A stretch of 63,627 bases of DNA, filler included, from Candidatus Woesearchaeota archaeon (GTDB lineage: Archaea; Nanobdellota; Nanobdellia; Woesearchaeales; BM511): assembly GCA_023266675.1 (NCBI GenBank). It is 5 parts of 5 records of this genome, joined end to end, with 100 filler letters (N's around TTAATTAATTAA, not from the genome) between each part and the next. Parts side by side here need not be neighbours in the genome. Positions count along the whole stretch, not along the records: positions 57,461 to 63,627 come from JAHFPP010000069.1; 4 more parts are not named here. One strand, given 5' to 3'. How positions within the stretch are numbered: the stretch's first letter is position 1; each line of letters begins with the position of its first letter. The position numbers were made by a program, and so were the translations under genes. The notes beneath the pieces were generated by a model. The model saw only the letters and a program-made list of their open reading frames with translations, was not told the origin of the DNA and ran no database searches. This document shows positions 57,698 to 63,627 of the stretch, in pieces.

Positions 57698-60600
57698 TTA
57701 ACCTAAACAAACAGGACTAAAGAAAGAATTGTCATTCATCAAATCCTTTGTATTGTCACTAAACTGCATATTGCCTGCTGTGTCAACAGGTACAACGTAA
57801 AAGCAGATTTTTTTGCTTATGTCAAGACCTGATATTTCTGCTTCAAATTTATCATTATTAACCTGTATTGAGTTTGTATTATAATTGAGTGGAGTCATAT
57901 CTCCTTGTGTGTAATATATTTTATAATTACTTAATTCTCTATCTGCGTCAAAGTCTGAGCCGTCAATATTTTTTCTTGGCTTTGCTGCCCAGGTTATTTT
58001 TAATTTTTTATTGTCAATATCTTTTACGCCAAAAAAAGTGAATCCTAAAAGCGGATATGTTGCCGGAGGCAATGTGTCTTTGACATCAATTATCTTGAAA
58101 TTTGTCCTTCCTTTGTCAAAGTCTTCCATATTGACGTTTCCAAATCGGTCTATAGCCGCGATTGCAACGTAATATTTTTCACTTGTTAGGAAATTTATTC
58201 TAGCAAAATATTCATACAAATTTTCATTCTCATCCTCAATCTGGTACAAAGCACCTATTTTTGGAATTAATTTTCCAGACTTTTTTGTTTCAGATTCTAA
58301 GTAATTGTATTGAACTGTTATCTTGCTGTTTTCAAATGGTTTTTTTACTTCTGGTTTTTGAAGGTCAATTGATGATACGTCCTCTCTTTTTCCAATCTCA
58401 AACTCTTTTTTAGCTATGCCTGATGAAATATAATCTGACGCGTCAGACAGTTCTTTGTATGTTTTTCCTGTCAATACGTCTTTTGAGATAAAAACTGCGA
58501 ATTTTACAGTGTCGTCATCAGGGTATTCCTGGCTCCATTTGATAATGGCTTCCTTTTCAGATAATAATGAATCTGGCTGAGTTATATCCTGAATTATTGG
58601 AGGAGGAATTATATCCTTTAACGTGAATGCAAACTTGATATCTTTGCGAATATTTGCTACAGAGTTCTTATTTTTATCATACACGGGTATCAGTGTTTTT
58701 GTCTTTACACAAAGCTTAACTGTGTCTTTTTTTATTGAACACACTTCTTTTGGATTATTCAATGCCTCCTGTGATTTAACATTATAGTCCGAATCACTGA
58801 TAAATGAAATCATGCTGCCTGTTTTTTTAAGATAAAATGGTTTATCAAATTGAAGAGTATTATACATAAATTCTTTGGAATTTATTATTCCCTCTTTTGA
58901 AACTTTAAGTGAATAAGTAATATCATTTTTTTTGTCAAAAGACAATATCAAAACATCTTTCTTATCCAAAAATGTTCCTGCAAGACCAAGTTTATTATTT
59001 GAAAGCCTGACTATGTCAGCGTTGTCTTTTGACATTTTTACGTCATTAGTATCAGTTATTTCTATCCTAAATTCAGACTTTGAAGGGATATCATTTGGAA
59101 AATTTATCTTGCAGTAACAGCTTGTTTCAGTTGAATTTGCGCACAAAGAATAACTTTCTGCAAATGAATAGTATACCTTATTTTCAGGAATCTCACAATC
59201 TGTCTGCCAGTCAATATTTGGCTCTACTGACTTTGCGTTAGTTAATATGTTATCTGTAAAATCCTTTGGGTTTGTTGATGATAGGTAATTCTGGCTTAAT
59301 TTTTTTATTGCTGTAAAAATCTTATTATATATATCAAGATCAAAATTAAAGTCTGTCTTGAACGCTGGTGTAAAGGAATACTGTCCAATGCTGTCGTATA
59401 CTGCTGATGGTGATGAATAATCGTAAGAGCTTTTGGAAACCCCACTAGTGTCGTCTCCAGTAACACCACCTATCTGCCCGCATGCTGTGTTGTATATGTT
59501 ATAGACTCTTTGCGGATATTGAACACCGTATCCTGGATAATTGCATTTATCCTTGCCTTTAACGTCGTACCTGTAATAATCGTTTCCTTTTGGTACATCG
59601 GTTCTATAAATTTCTGTGCATCCTTTAAAGATTGCTTCATCAAGTTTGTATTGCCCTGACTTGTAATAATTGATAATTGTGGATATTGCCCCGCGGTTAT
59701 AGGAATACAATACAAGAGTTGTCTTGTCCTGCATTGATAATTCTTTTCCGTATTTTTCAACATCATTAAATTTCTGAAGATAAATTTTTATTCCTTCTTT
59801 TATCTGCGAATCCACATCAGGACATTTCTTTTGTCTTAAACATGCATCATCAACCTGCATTATCCCTCCATCTGCAGTGCTTTTTCCATTTGCTCTAAGC
59901 TCATCGGCATTCATGCAAGAAGATTCTGTTGAGACCAAAGACATTATCAATAATGGGTCAACGTCTAAATTGTATTGTTTGATGTATTTTTGGAATATGT
60001 CATAATACCTATAACAACCCTTTAGATTAGTATTTTGCATATTATTCAAATCTGCATTCTGGCATGATACTGCACCACTTGAAAGCGAAACTATTTTTTG
60101 TTCTGTAACCGAAGTTTGAGATGGTTTAGTATCTGGTTTTGTAGCAGCAGTTGCATCTGGGATTATTTCTTTCTGTTCTGGAAGCGAAAGTCCTTTCTGT
60201 TTATACACATCACAGAATTTTTTTGGAGCATCCTCTTTTTTTAAAGGAGAATGCAATGCATCAATCTGACTGCATGCCTTTGAAGAATAATCTATATCAA
60301 ACTGCGATAAATCAAAAAAACATGCAGGGTTAATTGCGAAATTTCCACCCGGTGTCCCCCTATAATTATATTCATAGGATATCTGCGAGTTTGTATCAGG
60401 GTCAATCATGAGGCTTTTTATTTTGTCGCTTATTACTTCAAGATGCAGATGAACGGAACCGTTAACTCTTTTTTTTGGATATCTTGCTCCAGCAATTCCT
60501 ATCTTATCTCCTTTTTTTACAACATCATTAACATTTACATTGATGCTGTCCATATGAAGAAAAGTTGTGTATAATCCGTTGCCGTGAAAGATTAATACTC

Positions 60601-61345
60601 TCCCCCAGCAGTCGCATCCTTCAGGATCTTTTTCAATAGCATCTTTATCTGAATATATGACTTTTCCATCTGCAACTGAATATACTTCTTTGCCGTTTTG
60701 TGTTGAAAAATCTATTCCTTCATACTCACTACTTGCCCCGGAACCTGCTTCACGGTATCCAAAACACGAAGTTATTTTGTTTGATATGGATGGGTTTCCA
60801 AAAAAGTTTCCTGGTGTTGCTATGTATTCTTGTTTTGGCTTCATATCTGTTATCGCAGTGCCTCCAATAGGAAGAATAACTTTATCCAAAGCTATCCCTT
60901 TAATTGTCTGATTTTCAGTCCATAAATCATATTGGCTGTTTATGTTATAAGTTTTAAACTGCGATAAATAACTGAGTAAAGAGCTTTGAAAATAACTCTC
61001 AAAATTTACGCTAACATCATCATTTTCAGGAATGCAATTTTTGTCTGCGCTTACTAGGAGCGTGCTTCCAAAATATTTTCCGCAATCACCGCGTCCGTCA
61101 GTTCCACCATTTTCTGCCAAGTTTTTTAACGAGTCATATGAAGCCTGCTTAGCTGATGAATCAATATAAAACAATATCTTTTCTGCATTATCATAAGTGT
61201 TGAGTAATTTATACTGAGTGTCTCCAAGCGGAAGTGTGTCATTTATTTTTTTGTAAAGCATAAGTCCAGCAGAAATGAAGATTATTATAGTGACTATAAC
61301 AAGCATTGCAGTTCCAAACTCTGTGGCTTTTTTTCCAAATTTCAC
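57698..61345 (-). CDS. Class III signal-peptide protein with M23 peptidase-like, lytic transglycosylase (SLT)-like and C-terminal FN3-like domains
   Basis: MKFGKKA/TEFG plus TM. M23: ITSCFGYR, YEGIDF, VYSVADGKV, TFLHM..I.V...D.VKKGD.IG..G, VHLHLEV, INP. SLT: VDPLLIMSLVSTESS, GGIMQV, YSYNRG. FN3: YYVAIAAIDRFGN, FYVVPVDTAGN. Confidence 0.88.
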   Translation of the reverse strand: MKFGKKATEFGTAMLVIVTIIIFISAGLMLYKKINDTLPLGDTQYKLLNTYDNAEKILFYIDSSAKQASYDSLKNLAENGGTDGRGDCGKYFGSTLLVSADKNCIPENDDVSVNFESYFQSSLLSYLSQFKTYNINSQYDLWTENQTIKGIALDKVILPIGGTAITDMKPKQEYIATPGNFFGNPSISNKITSCFGYREAGSGASSEYEGIDFSTQNGKEVYSVADGKVIYSDKDAIEKDPEGCDCWGRVLIFHGNGLYTTFLHMDSINVNVNDVVKKGDKIGIAGARYPKKRVNGSVHLHLEVISDKIKSLMIDPDTNSQISYEYNYRGTPGGNFAINPACFFDLSQFDIDYSSKACSQIDALHSPLKKEDAPKKFCDVYKQKGLSLPEQKEIIPDATAATKPDTKPSQTSVTEQKIVSLSSGAVSCQNADLNNMQNTNLKGCYRYYDIFQKYIKQYNLDVDPLLIMSLVSTESSCMNADELRANGKSTADGGIMQVDDACLRQKKCPDVDSQIKEGIKIYLQKFNDVEKYGKELSMQDKTTLVLYSYNRGAISTIINYYKSGQYKLDEAIFKGCTEIYRTDVPKGNDYYRYDVKGKDKCNYPGYGVQYPQRVYNIYNTACGQIGGVTGDDTSGVSKSSYDYSSPSAVYDSIGQYSFTPAFKTDFNFDLDIYNKIFTAIKKLSQNYLSSTNPKDFTDNILTNAKSVEPNIDWQTDCEIPENKVYYSFAESYSLCANSTETSCYCKINFPNDIPSKSEFRIEITDTNDVKMSKDNADIVRLSNNKLGLAGTFLDKKDVLILSFDKKNDITYSLKVSKEGIINSKEFMYNTLQFDKPFYLKKTGSMISFISDSDYNVKSQEALNNPKEVCSIKKDTVKLCVKTKTLIPVYDKNKNSVANIRKDIKFAFTLKDIIPPPIIQDITQPDSLLSEKEAIIKWSQEYPDDDTVKFAVFISKDVLTGKTYKELSDASDYISSGIAKKEFEIGKREDVSSIDLQKPEVKKPFENSKITVQYNYLESETKKSGKLIPKIGALYQIEDENENLYEYFARINFLTSEKYYVAIAAIDRFGNVNMEDFDKGRTNFKIIDVKDTLPPATYPLLGFTFFGVKDIDNKKLKITWAAKPRKNIDGSDFDADRELSNYKIYYTQGDMTPLNYNTNSIQVNNDKFEAEISGLDISKKICFYVVPVDTAGNMQFSDNTKDLMNDNSFFSPVCLG

Positions 61346-61818
61346 GTCGTCTCAAACCTCATGTCAATTGATTTCCCGTTAAATCCAGGCACTATTTCTG
61401 ATTCAGAAACTATTTGTTGTTTGGAAACACTTTCACAATTGTTACCTGATTCGATAATTTTAGTATTCGTTATAGTTATCTTCCAGCATATATTTTTATC
61501 AAACATATTCTTCATAAGTAAGTTTACACTATCAATTATTATTTGTTTCTCATTACTGTTTCCATCAAGATAGTATCTTGAAATAAGTTCATAAAGAGGC
61601 ATATTTGAGTTTTCATAACTTGTCTCTGATTTTAAGACACCAATCACAAAGATGTTGTTTCCAAGTTTTTCTTTTGTATTTTCAATTGAGTAAGAATTTC
61701 CTTTATTAAAATCAGAAAAAGTAAAAAATAATAGGATGATTATGATTACAAGAATAAACCCCATGAATATTATAAGAGGCTCTCCTAAAAGACCTTTTTT
61801 ATTTATTATTAGCTTCAT
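61342..61818 (-). CDS. Type IV pilin-like protein (class III signal peptide)
   Basis: MKLIINKKG/LLGE plus long hydrophobic helix; 4-nt overlaps with both neighbours. Confidence 0.75.
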   Translation of the reverse strand: MKLIINKKGLLGEPLIIFMGFILVIIIILLFFTFSDFNKGNSYSIENTKEKLGNNIFVIGVLKSETSYENSNMPLYELISRYYLDGNSNEKQIIIDSVNLLMKNMFDKNICWKITITNTKIIESGNNCESVSKQQIVSESEIVPGFNGKSIDMRFETT

Positions 61819-62348
61819 CTTTTCTTTGCCACCACGACTATTTCAAGAGTTGTTGATTCAATTTTATTGTTGAGGTAAACAAGGACTGGAAAAACTTTTA
61901 TTACTTTCTGGTATTTGCTTGAAAAAGTCAACGGCTCAATATCATCATAATCATCCTTGCTTATGTAAACAGGAGGATTGTTGTAAAGTGTTATTTTTAC
62001 TCCAAGTTTAGGCGTTAAGTTACCATCATTTGAATTTAGTATTACACAATTTTTTTTAAGGTATTCTTCATTATATTTTGTCTTGTCTATCTCGCCGGGA
62101 TAAATCCGAAAAACGTTGTCTTTCTCATTTTCATACACATCAATAAGTTCTGCTCTTGCAAGACAGTCCTTGCTGTTTATTATTCTTGCAGTGATAAGGT
62201 CAAGTTCAAGTGATTTTGTGTCAAGGTTTTTAGATATTGTTGAATTTACAAAAAAGACTAGCGCCACAATGACAATGATAATTAGAATTATACGAAATAT
62301 CCAAAACATCATATCATCGACTATGGCTTTTTTGTTCATTTTTATCAT
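61815..62348 (-). CDS. Type IV pilin-like protein (class III signal peptide)
   Basis: MNKKA/IVDD plus hydrophobic helix; one Cys pair. Confidence 0.75.
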   Translation of the reverse strand: MIKMNKKAIVDDMMFWIFRIILIIIVIVALVFFVNSTISKNLDTKSLELDLITARIINSKDCLARAELIDVYENEKDNVFRIYPGEIDKTKYNEEYLKKNCVILNSNDGNLTPKLGVKITLYNNPPVYISKDDYDDIEPLTFSSKYQKVIKVFPVLVYLNNKIESTTLEIVVVAKKR

Positions 62349-63406
62349 GAGTAATAACTCCTTATTGCGCTAATAAGCGAGTTCCCGATTTTTTCTATGT
62401 CTTGTCGATTTAATTTTTCAACATTTCCTATCTCAACAACAATTACAGGCTTTGATTCTGATATTTGCTCAACACTTAATATTAATGATGCATACATTCT
62501 TTTCATCTCTGTGTCGGAATAGGTTGGCTTTAAGTTTATGAGTGAAAGACCTGCAAGCTTCTGGGACTTCTTTCCAGACACATCATTTTTATCAGAATAA
62601 TAAACATCAATTGTTTCTTTGGTCTGTTTTTGTTCATTGACGTAAAGTATGACAATTAAATCAGAAGTCTCTGCCTGTTTTTTTCTGTCATTACTTGCCT
62701 GCGGATAAGTGCAGTCGTTTAACGAATATATTCCTTTGGAAACTGTAAGGTCTAATGTTCTGCATATATCCCTTAGCATTATTTTTCCGTCAATTGCAGA
62801 TTTAAAATCCTTATCTGATGGAGTGTAAAACATGTCAACATAAACGTGTGGCGTTTCAGCCCATTCAGAAACTTGCGTATTTATTATGCTTTTAAAATAG
62901 CTCTCATCGTTTTGTACTGGAATATTATTCTGGTTTGATGATGAAGATATTCCGTTTATGTTCTTTAAGAAAGATAATCGGTAAGAGTATGGCATATCTA
63001 CGCCGTTTTGATCTTTTTCAACTTTTGGCGCCGCAACAAAATCAGCAACTGGCATGTTTGACTGAAAAAGAAGAAATTTTGAAGTCTTTGAAGGCGAGAG
63101 GAGAGGCTCAACATTGTATGGGTTTGCCTGTACATAATTCTTGTTTATTGTTATCTTAAGCTCTTTTGCATGCTTGCTGTTCTCATCCGGGTAATTAAGC
63201 TGCACGTCGTATGGAGATGCCTGAAGCGATTCGATGACTAGGCCAATGTCTTTTGTAAGAAACTCGCGTTCAAAGTATGAGCTTTGCGCAACCGCATTCG
63301 TGAAACTAAGAAGTATTAAGAACACCGCGAAAACTATAATTAATGGAAACAGCGGCCCCAAAACTAATTCCTGAAAATTCCCTCTTTTTGTTGAGAATAA
63401 CCTCAT
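62345..63406 (-). CDS. Type IV pilin-like protein with a C-terminal degenerate N-acetylmuramoyl-L-alanine amidase-like domain
   Basis: MRLFSTKRG/NFQE plus TM; C-terminal DRKKQA...DLIVILYVN...VYYS...SQKLA...PVIVVEIGNV...IGNSL..AIRSY follows the Amidase_3 pattern. Confidence 0.65.
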   Translation of the reverse strand: MRLFSTKRGNFQELVLGPLFPLIIVFAVFLILLSFTNAVAQSSYFEREFLTKDIGLVIESLQASPYDVQLNYPDENSKHAKELKITINKNYVQANPYNVEPLLSPSKTSKFLLFQSNMPVADFVAAPKVEKDQNGVDMPYSYRLSFLKNINGISSSSNQNNIPVQNDESYFKSIINTQVSEWAETPHVYVDMFYTPSDKDFKSAIDGKIMLRDICRTLDLTVSKGIYSLNDCTYPQASNDRKKQAETSDLIVILYVNEQKQTKETIDVYYSDKNDVSGKKSQKLAGLSLINLKPTYSDTEMKRMYASLILSVEQISESKPVIVVEIGNVEKLNRQDIEKIGNSLISAIRSYYS

Positions 63407-63550
63407 TGACTTAATACTGCGTTTAGACGTTTAAATAGTTTACTAAAAGAAATACGATTGATCATTAAATTAATTAAAGAAAAATAAATTGTGAAAATTC
63501 ATAATCATTTGAAAAAAATATAAATAAAAATAATTTTAGAATAGATTATA

Positions 63551-63627
63551 TTATTTCTCAAATTTTGAGATTGGTTTTTCTGCGTTACTGAATGGAAAAG
63601 GTCTTTTGTTTGAAAGAAAAACCATGT
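63551..63627 (-). CDS. Possible 3' end of an upstream gene
   Basis: Open frame ...MVFLSNKRPFPFSNAEKPISKFEK* extends to the window edge. Confidence 0.35.
   Translation of the reverse strand, partial: MVFLSNKRPFPFSNAEKPISKFEK

Overview
AT-rich archaeal sequence, most likely a DPANN (Woesearchaeota-like) draft genome. The basis is the archaeal/eukaryote-type ribosomal proteins eS8, eL15, eL21, eL31, eL39 and eS19, plus Rpo4, Kae1, a form II/III RuBisCO and many KKG/KKA-type prepilin leaders. The window is five contigs joined by artificial 100-nt N-TTAATTAATTAA-N linkers (6616-6715, 28806-28905, 35298-35397, 57361-57460), so adjacency across linkers is meaningless. Housekeeping content includes translation genes, tRNA-Val, tRNA-Gly and thyA-folA. 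Highlights: (1) a translationally coupled operon of four class III signal-peptide (type IV pilin-like) proteins carrying peptidoglycan-hydrolase-type domains (lytic transglycosylase, M23 and a degenerate amidase); (2) two MtrA-like/thymidylate-synthase-like fusions with complementary motif losses, in addition to a normal ThyA; (3) a locus of three paralogous secreted proteins with a conserved C-terminal strand, an anchor-like protein and two regulators, a candidate surface filament; (4) a modular, covarying palindromic repeat family sitting at contig ends; (5) a giant surface protein with a DUF3494 ice-binding-type domain between duplicated modules; (6) a chimeric ThrRS. All family calls come from motif recognition by eye; no database searches were run.
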